Source: Octopus vulgaris
Taxonomy: Eukaryota
Direction: 5' to 3'
NCBI GenBank assembly: GCA_951406725.2
Contig: OX597820.1
Location: 19,964,001-20,028,000, forward strand
DNA: 64,000 bases
Within the stretch, counting starts at the first letter, position 1, and each line of letters opens with the position of its first letter. Shown here one piece after another: positions 42,105 to 55,830 of the stretch. Both the position numbers and the translations under genes were made by a program. The notes under the pieces are model-generated. The model saw nothing but the letters and a program-made list of their open reading frames with translations, had not been told where the DNA came from and did no database searches.

Positions 42105-42502
42105 CAGGAGTGGCTGTGTGGTAAGTAGCTTGCTTACCAACCACATGGCTCTGGGTTCAGTCCCACTGTGTGGCACCTTGGGCAAGTGTCTTCTACTATA
42201 GCCTCGGGCCGACCAAAGCCTTGTGAGTGGATTTGGTAGACGGAAACTGAAAGAAGCCCGTCGTATATATGTATATATATGTGTGTGTGTTTGTGTGTCT
42301 GTGTTTGTCCCCCCAACATCGCTTGACAACCAATGCTGGTGTGTTTACGTCCCCGTAACTTAGCGGTTCAGTAAAAGAGACCGATAGAATAAGTACTAGG
42401 CTTACAAAAAATAAGTCCTGGGGGTCGATTTGCTCGACTAAAAGGCGGTGCTCCAGCATGGCCACAGTCAAATGACTGAAACAAGTAAAAGAGTAAAGAG
42501 TA
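42105..42502 (+). mobile_element. tRNA-derived SINE family 2 with (TAAAAGAG)n tail (copies ~3612-4025-, 14420-14755-, 29124-29535-, 29687-30092+, 46905-47275-, 54510-54918-)
   Basis: GTGGCTGTGTGGTAAG...GGGTTCAGTCCC head, internal (TA)/(TG) tract, tail repeat. Confidence 0.85.
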
Positions 42503-42617
42503 ATATGCATGTATGTATATTTGTGTGTGTGTTTGTGCTTCCCCCCACCATCACTTGACAACCGAAATTGGTGTGTTTATGTACACGTAACTTAGCGGTT
42601 CAGCAAAATTTCCCCAA

Positions 42618-42663
42618 GACACCTGATGAAGGCTGGAGGGTATATCAGCTGAAACGTTGGGTT
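42618..42663 (+). ncRNA. Hammerhead-like motif (second copy 7704-7749+, degenerate copy ~7320-7368-)
   Basis: GACAC-CTGATGA-A-GGCTG..CAGCT-GAAAC-GTT; stem III is only the ACGT palindrome. Confidence 0.55.
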
Positions 42664-44580
42664 AACAACAAACAAGATGAGGACAAATATCCGTCAAATG
42701 TAAATAATGTAAATAATATAAATTATGTAAATGAAAGTATGTTTCTAGGCTGCATGAAGAGGTAATGGAACAGCACTCATGAACATTTAAGGGAAGCGTT
42801 TATTGTTGCACACAAATGCAAACTGTGTTAGTCATTTACAGTTAACATTAGCAATATTTAAAAATAATTACAGACTGGAAGAGAGAAACTGTTCTTAATT
42901 TACAGAAAATTATTGGTATGGCAACATGTAGCTTACCCAACATATTTCAACACAATTGTGCTACCTATTTCTTTACTACCCACAAGGGGCCAAACACGGA
43001 GAGGACAAACAAGGACAGACAAATGGGTTAAGTCGATTATATCGACCCCAGTGCGTAACTGGTACTTATTTAATCGACCCTGAAAGGATGAAAGGCAAAG
43101 TCGACCTCGGCGGAATTTGAACTCAGAACGTAACGGCAGATGAAATACCTATTTATTTACTACCTACAAGGGGCTAAACACAGAGAGGACAAACAAGGAT
43201 AGACAAACGGATTAAATCGATTATATTGACCCCAGTGCGTAACTGGTACTTATTTAATTGACCCCGAAAGGATGAAAAGCAAAGTCGGCCTCGGCGGAAT
43301 TTGAACTCAAAACGTAGCGGCAGACGAAACACCGCTAAGCATTTCACCTGGCGCACTAACATTTCTGCCAGCTCGCAGCCTTTCATGGTGATGAAAGCTC
43401 TTGGTCATCTATTACAGTCATGTGTCTTGGTCATCTGACTGGGCATTTTACTGGCAAAAGTTGGGGTGTATATTGCTCAGCTGCCTTTCACTCCTGTGAT
43501 TATTTACGGCCAAAAGTAGCCTTTAATAGGGTTCAAGAAGAGGATTCTAGAAGATTAAATCATGCGATGGCTTGATACAGATTCGTTACTTAATACACCG
43601 ATCACGTGAAACTATTGTGGTTCAGCTGTGGTGTCTGACCATTAATTTAGCAGTTAGGTTTCAAATCATTGCTGCAATCTTCAAATTTCTAGTCATCTTT
43701 ATTTCATTTTTACTCTCTTTACTCTTTTACTTGTTTCAGTCATTTGACTGTGGCTATGCTGGAGCACTGCCTTTAGTCGTGCGAATCGACTGCAGGACTT
43801 TGTAAGCCTATAACTTATTCTATTGGTCTCTTTTGTCGAACCGCTAAGTTACGGGGACGTAAACACACCAGCATCGGTTGTCAAGCGATGTTGGGGGGAC
43901 AAACACAGACACACAAACATATACACACACATATATAAATATATATACATATATATATATAAGGAAGGTAGCGAGCTGGCAGAAATGTTAGCGCGCCAGG
44001 TGAAATGCTTAACGATATTTTGTCTGCTGTTATGTTCTGAGTTCAAATTCCAGCAAGGTCGACTTTGCCTTTCATCCTTTCGAGGTCAATAAATAAAGTA
44101 TCAGTTACGTACTGGGGTTGATGTAATCGACTTAATCCCTTTGTCTGTCCTTGTTTGTTCCCTCTATGTTTAGCCCCTTGTGGGCAATAAAGAAATATAT
44201 ATATATATTGGCTAAACTGGCAAAATGACCATTCCAAAATACAACAATATATATATATATATATACATATATATGATGGGCTTCTTTCAGTTTCCGTCTA
44301 CCAAATCCACTCACAAGGCTTTGGTTGGCTGGAGGCTATAGTAGAAGACACTTGCCCATAGTGCCATGCAGTGGGACTGAACCTGGAACCATGTGGTTGG
44401 TAAGCAAGCTACTTACCACACAGCCACTCTCATCTTTATTTCATCTTTATTTGGAAAATGCTAAAAATAACATCCAAAGCAAATAGAAATGAATTTGGTG
44501 TAGCTGTAGAGTTGTGACTTTTGTAGAGATTAAGAATAAGGTAAGAAGAGTAAAACAATAAATGCTATTGAATGACTTAC

Positions 44581-44664
44581 TGAATGTTGATGGTGGGGAA
44601 GTCGGTGTTGTTGGTGCTGAAGGAGTACTTGGTCTAAGTACAGGTTTTGCATTTATTGGATACA
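44581..44664 (-). CDS. MAM protein exon F (84 nt, phase 1/1), Pro/Ser/Thr-rich linker
   Basis: LYPINAKPVLRPSTPSAPTTPTSPPSTF; pyrimidine tract+cag| ... |gtaagt; homologous to exon 5293-5379. Confidence 0.87.
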
Positions 44665-45482
44665 CTGGAGAAGAAAAAATATACAAAACAAAGATTAAGA
44701 AAATATTTACAAATGAATATCAAATTTTGATACAAATCTAGCAATCTTAGGGGAGGTGTGTGGGTGGTTTGGTAAGTTGATAAAGCTGACCCCAGTATTC
44801 AACTGGTACTTATTTTATTGACCCTGAAATGATCAAAGGCAAAGTTGACCTTGGTAGAATTTGAGCTCAGAACATAGGGACAGATGAAATGCTGCTCAGC
44901 ATTTCATCCAGTGTGCTAACGATTCTGCCAGCTTGCTGCCTCAATGATAATGATGATGATGATGATGATAATAATAATAATGATGATAATAATAATAATA
45001 ATAATGATAATAATAAAATGCCCTGATGCTGTACCAGGCAGTGGCCTCTCATGGCTTCTGATCTTAATTGATTAGAAGTGTTATCACGTACATTGTTTTG
45101 TCTGGAGCAGAAGTAGTGGGAGAGCATCATAGCCATGTGTTAAGAGGGACTCTTTGGGGTTTGAATAATTCACCTTTGGAAACATGGATGTTTCATTCAG
45201 CATCCTTAAACAACCCTTATTCAGGGTCCTTTTGAGCAGGATGGGTTACTTGACCAGAAGAAAATTCTAACTGGGCTCTGCCTGCAAGGTCATGTGCTGT
45301 TTATCTTGATATGAGATCACCATGTTGTGCATATATGGTTGTGATGCATGTGCCTAGTGTACCATTATCAGACGGGTAGTCATGATAGGTATACTGGGCT
45401 TTGTATATTCTACCCCAGTGCCACTTTGATGGCATGCACTGTTCTCTCACTCAATAATAACAACAACAACAACAACAACAAC

Positions 45483-45550
<68 letters not shown>

Positions 45551-45711
45551 TAATAATGGTTGTGATGCATGTGCTTGGTGTACCCTTATCAGATGGTTAG
45601 TCATGATGGGTATATTGGTCTTTGCATATTTGTACCCCAGTGTCACTTTGATGGCATGCACTGCTCTCTCAATCAATAGCAATAATAATAATAGCAATAA
45701 TAATCAATAGC

Positions 45712-45761
<50 letters not shown>

Positions 45762-46342
45762 TAATAATAATCCTTTGTACTGTAGGCACAAGGCCTTAAA
45801 ATTGGGACAAGGGGCTAGATGATTACATTGACTCCAGTGGGTAGCAGGTACTTATTTCATGAACCCAAAGCAAAGTCGACCTTGGTGGAATTTGAACTCA
45901 GAACATAAAGAGTCAGAAGAAATGCTGTCAGCTGGCCACCTTTGTAATTTGGTATATTGGTGGAAGGTGGAAGCATATGGCCTAGTGGTTAGAGCAGCGG
46001 ACTCATGGTCGAGGGATTGCGGGTTCGAATCTCAGACCAGGCGATGTGTGCGTTTATGAGCGAAACACCTAAGCTCCATGTGACTCTGGCAGAAGGTAAC
46101 AGTGAACCTCTGCTGATTCTTTTGCCACAACTTTCTCTCACTCTTTCCTCCTGCATCTAGCAGCTCACTTGTGATGGTGTGATGGACAGGTGTCCCATCC
46201 AGGTGGGAACATATACGCCAATGAAACTTGGAATCCAGCCCTTATGAGCCAGGCATAGCTTGAGAAGGAACAAACAACAATACTGACACAGAGAGGTTCA
46301 ACAATAAATTGTTATCATGGAGGGTGGTATATCTCTAAGTTG

Positions 46343-46724
46343 TGGAGGCGCAATGGCCCAGTGGTTAGGGCAGCGGACTTGCGGTCGTAGGATCGCGGTT
46401 TCGATTCCCAGACCGGGCGTTGTGAGTGTTTATTGAGCGAAAACACCTAAAGCTCCACGAGGCTCCGGCAGGGGGTGGTGGCGATCCCTGCTGTACTCTT
46501 TCACCACAACTTTCTCTCACTCTTACTTCCTGTTTCTGTTGTACCTGTATTTCAAAGGGCTGGCCTTGTCACTCTCTGTGTCACGCTGAATATCCCCGAG
46601 AACTACGGTAAGGGTACACGTGTCTGTGGAGTGCTCAGCCACTTACACGTTAATTTCACGAGCAGGCTGTTCCGTTGATCGGATCAACCGGAACCCTCGT
46701 CGTCGTAACCGACGGAGTGCTTCC
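46343..46724 (+). mobile_element. tRNA-derived SINE family 1 (young copy; relatives at ~20186-20370, 22011-22305, 35465-35755, 45968-46280, 51615-51917(-))
   Basis: A box TGGCCCAGTGG, B-box-like GTTTCGATTCC, shared body. Confidence 0.85.
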
Positions 46725-46783
46725 TATATATCTCTAAGAAAATTTATCACAAAATATAAAAATATGGAACTTGTAATACTTAC

Positions 46784-46868
46784 AGCCGCAGGGTTTTAAG
46801 TCAAAGCTAATTTCGTCTATAGCAATAATACTCCTTGAACCGGCACCAGCGCTTGCGGAAATTGTCAT
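46784..46868 (-). CDS. MAM protein exon E (85 nt, phase 0/1), MAM C-terminus
   Basis: MTISASAGAGSRSIIAIDEISFDLKPCG (IAIDD-like motif plus final Cys); cag| ... |gtaag. Confidence 0.9.
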
Positions 46869-48152
46869 CTGTAAATAAATACATACACTGATAAATACAT
46901 CTTTCGTCTTTTACTTGTTTCAGTCATTAGACCGTGGCCATGCTGGGGTATCACTTTGAAGAATTTTAGTCAAACAAATTGACCTGCGTACTTTTTTTTT
47001 AATGCCTGGTACTTGTTCTGTTGGTCTTTTTTGTTGAACCACTAAGTTATAAGAACATAAACACACCAACACTGTTTGGTCAAGCAGTGCTGGGAGACAA
47101 ACACACACACACACACATAATGGGCTTCTTTCAGTTTCTAATCCATTAACAAGGCTTTGGTTGGCACGAGGCTATAATAGAAGACACTCGCCCAAGGTAC
47201 CATGTAGTGGGACTGAACCCAGAACTATGTGGTTGGAAAGCAAGTTTCTTACCACACAGCCATACCTGCACCTAGGCAAACAAAGAAATAGGTGAATAGA
47301 TGTATTTTACATTATTTACATTATTTACATTTGGTATACATTGGATGGCTTGACAGGATCCAGCTTGCAGTAGGGTTGTATCAAGCTCCAGCATCAGCTT
47401 TGGCATGGTTTCCACAGCTGGGTACCCTTTCTAATGCCAGCCACTTTACAGCATGTATGGGGTACTTTTTTTCCATGTCACCAGCACTAGTGAGATTACC
47501 AAGTAAGTTTGCAAGACAGAAAGAACATGGAAAAAGGGGAAAAGCCCCCATGATAAAGCAGCGGTGGTTTATTGTGGAAGGGAAGGTGGTGTCAGACCAG
47601 ATATTGAGTGGCTAAAGAAGTGGTTCTCAACTGGGGTCAGTTTGGCCCTTAGGGGTTTATGTAAAATTTTGTTGTTAAAATTCATCTGCAATAAAATGGT
47701 TATACTTCTACAATACACATGAAATTATTTTAATTTTTTTCATACAAATCCTGGTAATATTTAATTATAGAATTATAATCAGATTTTTCATAATATATAA
47801 GATTTTTAAGCATCAAATTTCAATGAGGATTCCACAATAGCAAAATAGGTGTCAAAGAGTTCCATAGGAGAAAAGTGGTTGAGAAACACCATGATGCCAC
47901 TTTATAAATGATGTACAGGGTGTCCCCCAAAAGTGACATCATTTTATAGACTAATAACGTATCCAATTCTTGCTCAAACGATCTCCAATTTTTACAATTT
48001 TTTCATTCTCTGTTTATTTTCTCTTATACCTTTCTGCTGAAGAGCATAGGCTTGAAACGTAAAAGACTTTTTTGTTTTCCTGAGTGTCAAACTAATACAC
48101 TTGCTTGTTGTTCATACACCCGCCTTTGTCTTTTTTCTATAAATTTCAACTA

Positions 48153-48222
48153 GAGAGATAGATAGGTAGGTAGGTAGGTAGGTAGGTAGGTAGGTAGGTA
48201 GGTAGGTAGGTAGGTAGGTAGG

Positions 48223-48272
<50 letters not shown>
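48153..48272. repeat. (TAGG)n(TAGA)n compound microsatellite
   Basis: Direct reading. Confidence 0.95.
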
Positions 48273-48273
<1 letters not shown>

Positions 48274-48618
48274 GGAGAGAGAGAGATAACCGAAAAAACA
48301 GAAAGGAGGCAATTAGGGAAAATAGTGTGGAAAAGGAAGGGAGGATAAATAATGTGAATGAGAGACTGAAATAGTTCCATTGATGGGGAGGAGGGAGAAT
48401 GAGGTAACTAATGGTGCAAAAAAGTAGGGAGTGATATGAGCTGATCCTGTGTCCCAAATGATTACAGCAGCCATGTAGTGCCATAGATAGAGGAGTGACA
48501 GAGGGCTGGGTGTCAGAGGGATGAGACACAAGGAATGCTTGTGAGGCAGATTGTGTGTAAGGGCAGGGCCCAGTATGTTAATCATAGTTAAAAAGGAAAA
48601 AAAAAAGCTTTTAATTAC

Positions 48619-48734
48619 CTTTTTAAAACGATTGGTTATACTCAAAGGTACTTTTCCAAGGTGCCATTTATCGCCTTGATCATCAGATATTCTCCACAAA
48701 ACTGATTCATTCGCATAACCAACTTCCAGTTCAC
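48619..48734 (-). CDS. MAM protein exon D (116 nt, phase 1/0)
   Basis: GELEVGYANESVLWRISDDQGDKWHLGKVPLSITNRFKK; cag| ... |gtaat. Confidence 0.92.
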
Positions 48735-48836
48735 CTGTAACAAAGTAATCCCATCTTTATTATGATACTCATTACCACCACCACCACCACCACCACCACC
48801 ACCACTACCACTGGTTCCACCTCCACCATATGTATG

Positions 48837-48874
<38 letters not shown>

Positions 48875-49078
48875 TACATATAAATTGTTTTCAGAATATT
48901 GTATATATATTGCGTATATATTCATATATGTATATACATATTTATGTATGTATATATTGGGTATATAATGTATATACATATTTATATTTTTGATTTTGAT
49001 TTTGATTTTTCCAGTTTCAGCTCCTGAGCTGTGGCCATGCTGGGGCACCGCCATTTATGTATATATATGTATATAATG

Positions 49079-49148
<70 letters not shown>

Positions 49149-50064
49149 AACACACTTACACACACATACACATATAAAAACATATAAAAACATATATATA
49201 CAATGTGTGTCGGTGTGCATGTGTGTGTGAGTGTTTATTATTGAAAACAGTTTGTCTCAGATCCATGCTACTGAAAGTTTTGCAGGCTTCTAACATAAAC
49301 ATAGCTCACTCATGTGAAGATTACTGAATGAAGAAACCCAGCTTGTTCAGGCTCAGATAACCAGTAATCTGAGCTTGAATGAGCTAGCCGAATCAAACTG
49401 CTTTAAATAATTTTTACTAAATATGCTGAGTGCCTTTTTCTTTCTTTTCTCTACTCACTCATGGACATATACCTATATCATCATCATCATCATCATTTAT
49501 TGTCCATTTTCCATGCTGGCATGCATTAAGCAGGTTGACTGGAAATGGTGAGAAAGAGAGTTGTACTAGGCTTCAGTTAGATTTTGGCTTGGTTTCTACA
49601 GCTGGATGTACTTGCTTAACCCTTTAGTGTTCACATTATTCTGCCAAAATTAATCCTTTTTTATCCACATTGTTTTGAACTAATCATGCATTATCTTGTA
49701 GCTATGAGATTTTGATGAGGTAGCTGTTAATTTTTAAAACGATATTGAAGGGTAGGTGTGAGAGACCAGATATGGCCATTTTGAACATAGAACAGGCAGA
49801 ATACTTTTGGCCGGATATGGCCGGTTTAATTGCTAAAAGGGTTAATGCCAATCACTTCAAGAGTGTAGTGGGTGCCTTTTATGTGTCACTGGCACAGGTG
49901 CCTGTCACAAGTCACCGGCATGGTTGCCTTTGACATGTCACCATCACAGGTGCCTTTTAAGTGTTACTGTCACAAATGTCCTTTGAATCAGCGAATGTAC
50001 AGTTAGAGATAGAAAGAGAATGAGAGAGAGAGAGAAAAAAAAGTAATCCAGGAACACACACACA

Positions 50065-50095
<31 letters not shown>

Positions 50096-50849
50096 GTGTA
50101 ACGTCCATCTTCCATGCATGCATGGGTAGGACAGTTCACAAGAGCTGGCCAGGTAGAAAAACTACCCAGTTTTGGCAGGGTTTTTACAGCTGGATGCTCT
50201 TCCTAACACCAACCACTCTGCAGATTAGACTCAGTGCTTTTTATGTGGCACTAGCAAAGGCAAGGTTAGTTTTGGCATGACTATTGAAGCTGGGTGTTCT
50301 TCAAAATGCCCTAACACCTTTGAATGTAAATCCTTAAAAAATCCTTAAAATCCTTAAAAATGTTTTAGCCCAAAGGCCGCGGCCATGCTGGGGCACCACT
50401 ATGTGGGTGTCATGTTTTATTCTTAACTTGCAGTATCGCTCAGCGTTGCTTGGGTTTGTTTTGAGCCTTTAGAATTGGAATTTTTGAAAAGTAAAAATTT
50501 TACATTTTGTAGCTTGTTATTCTCTTTAAGTGAACATTTTTCTGGTTGAAATACACCGAAAAATAGCGACACAGCAGTAAAAAAATCGTAAAAAATAGGG
50601 ATTTTCAGAGAAAAAAAGCATCTTTTTGATGTAAATAATTTTTGGTGTTAACATGGTTGGATTTGAATTTTTTTCTTCTACGGAAGGAAGAGCAAGCCTT
50701 CTTCTATCATACTCTTAATTTTGGTCAACTTGCACCGCAGAGTCTCAGAGGAGATAGTGTTAGTTGAAGGCTACCAAACCTGCCATATACAGACAACTTC
50801 AGCTTTATATAGAGAGAGATTAGAAACTAAAAAAGAATAGATTCCTTAC

Positions 50850-50984
50850 CAGCAGAATTTCCTTTCATATAATACCAGAAGCTCATGCAACGTCTTCGTG
50901 GAACAGGTGCAATAGGATCACTGACAAGAACAGCCTTTTCTCCAGTTTGTATTGGCCATTTAGGGAGCACATAGATATAAGAGC
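50850..50984 (-). CDS. MAM protein exon C (135 nt, phase 1/1)
   Basis: GSYIYVLPKWPIQTGEKAVLVSDPIAPVPRRRCMSFWYYMKGNSA; aag| ... |gtaag. Confidence 0.93.
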
Positions 50985-52639
50985 CTTTAGAAAATATTAA
51001 GGGATAAAGAAAAACGGAAAACAGACGTTAGAAAATGGAATTGTAGATAACTTACACATATTGTACTCATACACATGCACACTTTTACACACATGCATGC
51101 ACACACACATTACACACACATATACACACACATGTACACACATACACACTCTTATGCACTATCTTTCTCACATGTGCACATATACATCCACATATGCACT
51201 GTCTTGCACACACACACATATGCATTCTCACAGACATACACACACTCTCACTTTCTCACACACGCATGCAACACACACATGTACACATACACACGTACTC
51301 ACACACACATATACTCTCATATACACATATTTCCACACATATACACATACTTACCACACATACACAGACACACACATGCATGCACACACAAACTCACACA
51401 TATGCTCACACATGCACACACACACAAACATACATGCACACATACACAAACTCATGCGAGCAAACACATTCACACACACACACACTCTCATGTACATATA
51501 CCTACACATACACATCCCTTCTAACACATGCATACATATACACATACTCACACACACACACTCACACATATGCATACACACACATACGCACACACAAATC
51601 TTTATGAAATGCTATTGTTTGTTCCCTCCCAAGCCGTGCCTGGCTCATAAGGGCTGGTTTCCCATTTTCCTTGGCTATTAGGTTCTCCACCTGGATGGGA
51701 CACCGGTCCATCACAGGTGAGCTGCAAGATGCAGGAGGAAAGAGTGAGAGAAAGTTGTGGCGAAAGAGTCGGCAGAAGTTCACTATTACCTTCTGCTGGA
51801 GCCATGTGGAACTTAGGTATTTCGCTCATAAACACACATATCGCCCGGTCTGAGATTCGAACCCGCAATCCCTCGACCACGAGTCCGCTGCTCTAACCAC
51901 TAGGCCATGTGTCTCCACAGGAAATGCTATAGGGTAACAAAAAGTAACTGGTAAAAGCCATTTCTTAAACACAAAATGTTCAAGTGGAAAACAGGGAAAG
52001 TCTACTGATTCCAAATTTTGGTACAACAACCATATATAGCCCTTTGTTCTTAAGGCACAAGGCCTGAAAATTTGGGGTAGGAGGATAGTTGATTACATCG
52101 ACCCCAGAACGCAAAAAGAAAGGAGATGATTAGGGGATAAGTATAAGGGTTGATCATCTCAACTAAAATTCTTCAAGGCAATGCCCCTGCATGGCCACAG
52201 TCTAATGAGTGGAACAAGTAAAAGATAAAAAATAAAGAATAAAAGATAAAAATATATATCTGGAATGGTTAATAACAATATAAGTGAGATGATAAATTCA
52301 CATATGACTAAATTTACAAACTACGCTATGAATTTCACAATTGTATTGCAGGAACCATTAAACGAAACATGTTTAACCCTTCAGCAGTCAGATTTCTTTG
52401 TCAAATGTTTTGTTTATTTATTCACATTGTTTTGAACTAATCCTCCATTATCTTGTAGTTTTAAGATTCCGATGGTGTGTTTGTATATTTTTAGAATGAC
52501 ATTGTCGGTTAGGTGTGAGAGGTTGGATGTGGTCAGTTTTGACATAAAACAGATAGACTATTTGGGCCAGATATGGCCAGATTAAATTCTAAAGTGATAC
52601 AAAAAAAAACTAGTGTTAGAGAGGTCACTAAACTATAAA

Positions 52640-53045
52640 GGGCAGTGAGCTGGCAGAATTGTTAGCACGCCGGGTGAAATGCTTAGTGGTATTTTGTCTG
52701 CCGTTACATTCTGAGTTCAAATTCCGCCTAGGTCGACTTTGCATTACATCCTTTCGGGGTCGATAAATTAGGTACCAGTTAAACACTTGGGTCGATGTGA
52801 TCGACTTAATTCCTTTGTCTGTCCTTGTTTGTCCCCTCTGTGTTTAGCCCCTTGTGGGTAGTAAAGAAATAGGTATTTTGTCTGCCACTACATTCTGAGT
52901 TCAAATCCCGCCAAGGTTGACTCTGACTTTCATCCTTTCGGGGTCAATGAAATAAGTACCAGTTGCACACTGAGGTCAATGTAATCGACTAGCCCCCTTC
53001 CCCTCAAAATTTTTAAGGCCTTGTGCCTGGAGTAGAAATAATTAA
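52640..53045 (+). mobile_element. SINE family 3 (often dimeric; copies ~2055-2262-, 6985-7200-, 15825-16250+, 24760-25220, 32365-32775+, 42960-43380-, 53410-53850+, 54015-54445-)
   Basis: GAGCTGGCAGAA...GAGTTCAAATTCCGCCGAGGTCGACTTTGCCTTTCATCC conserved among copies. Confidence 0.85.
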
Positions 53046-53072
53046 TACTAAAGCATAAAATAGATTGCTAAC

Positions 53073-53298
53073 CTTGTGCAGTCTGTTCAGAATGATCGAC
53101 TTTTGGTCCAGCTCTGTTGTTTGCAGCAGTTGTTTGAAGCCAATCAAAATTATCTTGGTTGGAATTTGACCAAGAGCACATGTCTTTTTCAAAGTTACAA
53201 TCTCCATCCATTGGACAGCTTCCAGATGTTATTTTAACGTCATCAAGAGCAATGTAGCTTTGTTTGTCGAATCTTGTGGAATATCCAAGGAAAGCTAC
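53073..53298 (-). CDS. MAM protein exon B (226 nt, phase 0/1): end of one MAM plus start of the next
   Basis: Hand translation VAFLGYSTRFDKQSYIALDDVKITSGSCPMDGDCNFEKDMCSWSNSNQDNFDWLQTTAANNRAGPKVDHSEQTAQ; AG/GT ends. Confidence 0.94.
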
Positions 53299-55265
53299 CT
53301 AGATAAATAAAATAAAATAAAATAAAATGGCATATATTAACATTTTAATTCACCTACTCTATGGAAAATCAATATTGTGGAAAAAAAAATATATATATAC
53401 AACCCTTGATCTGGCAGAATTGTTAGGACGCCGGCCAAAATGCTTAGCGGTATTTTGTCTACCGTTATGTTCTGAGTTCAAATTCCGCCGAGGTCATCTT
53501 TGCCTTTCATTCTTTCGGGGTCAATTAATTAAGTACCAGTTACATACTGGGTCGATGTAATCGACTTAATCCCTTTGTCTGTCCTTGTTTGTCCCCTCTA
53601 TGTTTAGCCCCTTCTGGGCAAATAAATAAATAAATAAATAATACTGTCAAATACAATGGTTATCGGTATTTCATCTGCCGTTACGGTCTGAGTTCAAATT
53701 CTGCTGATGTCAACTCTGCCTTTCATCCATTTGGGGGTCAATTAAATAAGTACTAGTTACATACTGGGATCGATATAATCGACTTAATCCATTTGTCTGT
53801 CCTTGTTTGTCCCCTCAATGTTTAGCCCCTTATGGGCAATAAAGAAATAAATAACTCTGTCAAATGCAAGGAGGTCTCGGAATGTTCAAACATACCTATC
53901 ACACCTACCCCTCAATGCCTTTCTATTATTATACAATCATATCATCAAAATCTTGAAGCCATGAGATAATTATATGCAATGTGAATGCATAAACATAACA
54001 TTTGAAAGAATAATCTTTTCTAATCTAGGCACAAGGCCTGAAATTTTTGGTGAAGAGGCTAGGTAATCATATCGACCCCAGTACGCAACTGGTACTTAAT
54101 TTATCGACCCTGAAAAGATGAAAGGCAAAGTCGACCTCGGCGGAATTTGAACTTAGAATGTGAAGACGGACAAAATACTGCTAAGCATTCTGCCCAATGT
54201 GCTAACGTTTCTTATTTCTTTATTGCCCACAAGGAGCTAAACATAGAGGGGACAAACAAGGATAGACAAAGGGATTAAGTTGGTTAGATCGACCCCAGTG
54301 CGTAACTGGTACTTATTTAATCAACCCCGAAAGGATGAAAGGCAAAGTCGACCTCGGCGGAATTTGAACTCAGAACGTAATGGCAAATGAAATATTGCTA
54401 AGCATTTCACCCGGTGTGCTCACATTTCCGCCAGCTTGCTGCCTTACATTTGACAGAATAATCTGAAAGCTAATGGGTAATCTTGTTAGCTAAACATTCT
54501 ATCGTTTATTCTTTCATTTGTTTCAGTCATTTGACTGTGGCCATGCTGGATCACCACATTTCGTCGAACAAATTGACCCCAGGACTTATTTTTTTATAAG
54601 CCTAGTACTTATTCTATCAGTCTGTTTTGCTGAACAGCTAAGTTATGGAGATGTAAACACACCAACATCGGTTGTCAAGTGATGGTGGGGGGAACAAACA
54701 CAGACACACAAGCACATACACACACACACATACACACACACGTACACACATGTACATATGACAGGTTTCTTTTAGTTTCCATCTACCAAATCCACTCACA
54801 AGGCTTTGGTTTGCCTGAGGCTATAGTAGAAGACACTTGTCCAAGATGCCATGCAGTGGAACTGAACCCAGAGCCATGTGGTTGGTAAGCAAGATATTTA
54901 CCACACAGCCACTCCTGCTTTTTTTTTTTGTTCCTTAAAATTCTTTTATTGACATTCACAACCTTTTCCAGTAATTTTTCTCCCAGTTCGTTATGGTGGC
55001 CATGTTTGTCTGGCAATGAACGGCAACGAAAGAACTTTGACGAACAGAAGAAGAAGAAATAGTGGCATGTTTAGCCAACAAGTTAAACAAATATCTGATT
55101 GGTTAGTTCAATAGATATTTAACTAATTGACTAACAGTAAAGAAGTAATATCAAACCCGTGCATGTGTTATTATTGGCATAATGGCCCTCCTAAGACACA
55201 ACAAAATCTTACAGCATTAAAAAATGAAAATAACAGATTAAAAGTAAATCAGATTCTTTGCTTAC

Positions 55266-55516
55266 CTGCCAATGTGTATTAGATTTCACTGTTACTTCAG
55301 CCTGGTTCCAGGTCTTGCCAGTCCTACTTGAACGAGTCCAGAGATTACGGTATATGTCAGAAATCAGAGAGTACACTCTGAAACGCATTGAATTACTTGT
55401 ACCTCCAATACTGTACCAAAAACTAACACAAGATCCGGACGTTTTTCTTTGGACTTTACTAAACAACCGAGCAGAACCACTGCGAACATGAGAATTTCTC
55501 AAATACATATAATGAC
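55266..55516 (-). CDS. Multi-MAM-domain protein, exon A (251 nt, phase 1/0), MAM core; upstream exons lie outside the window
   Basis: tag|GT CAT TAT...TGG CAG|gtaag; GHYMYLRNS...SARLFS...SCVSFWYSIG...LWTRS...WNQAEV, the MAM motifs GHY, CxxFWY and W..A.V. Confidence 0.93.
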
Positions 55517-55830
55517 CTATGAAAGAGAAATGATCGGAGTTAGTGTGTGTGGTGGAGAGAGTAAGAGTAAGAGAGAGAGAGAGTGAGAGAGAGAGAAAGA
55601 AAGTGAGAGAGAGATATAGAGAGAGAGTGTGAGAGAAAGACAGAGAGGGAGAAGGAGAGAGAATGTGCGCAAGAAAGAGAGAGAGAAGAGTGTGTGTGTG
55701 TGTGTGTGAGAGTGTGCGTGTAAGAGACTGAGAGAGAATGTGTGTGAGAGAGGAGAGTGTGTGTGTGTGTGCGTGTGCGTGTGTAAATCAAAGTGTGAAT
55801 GTAAGAAAGAGAGAGAACAGGAGAGCGATA

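Noticed and set aside
46343-46420. tRNA genes
   Set aside because: tRNA-like heads run straight into multi-copy SINE bodies; no clean acceptor stem.
50350-50820. Third Helitron on the minus strand
   Set aside because: TC..TATATAAAGCT start resembles the others, but no CTAG 3' end was found.
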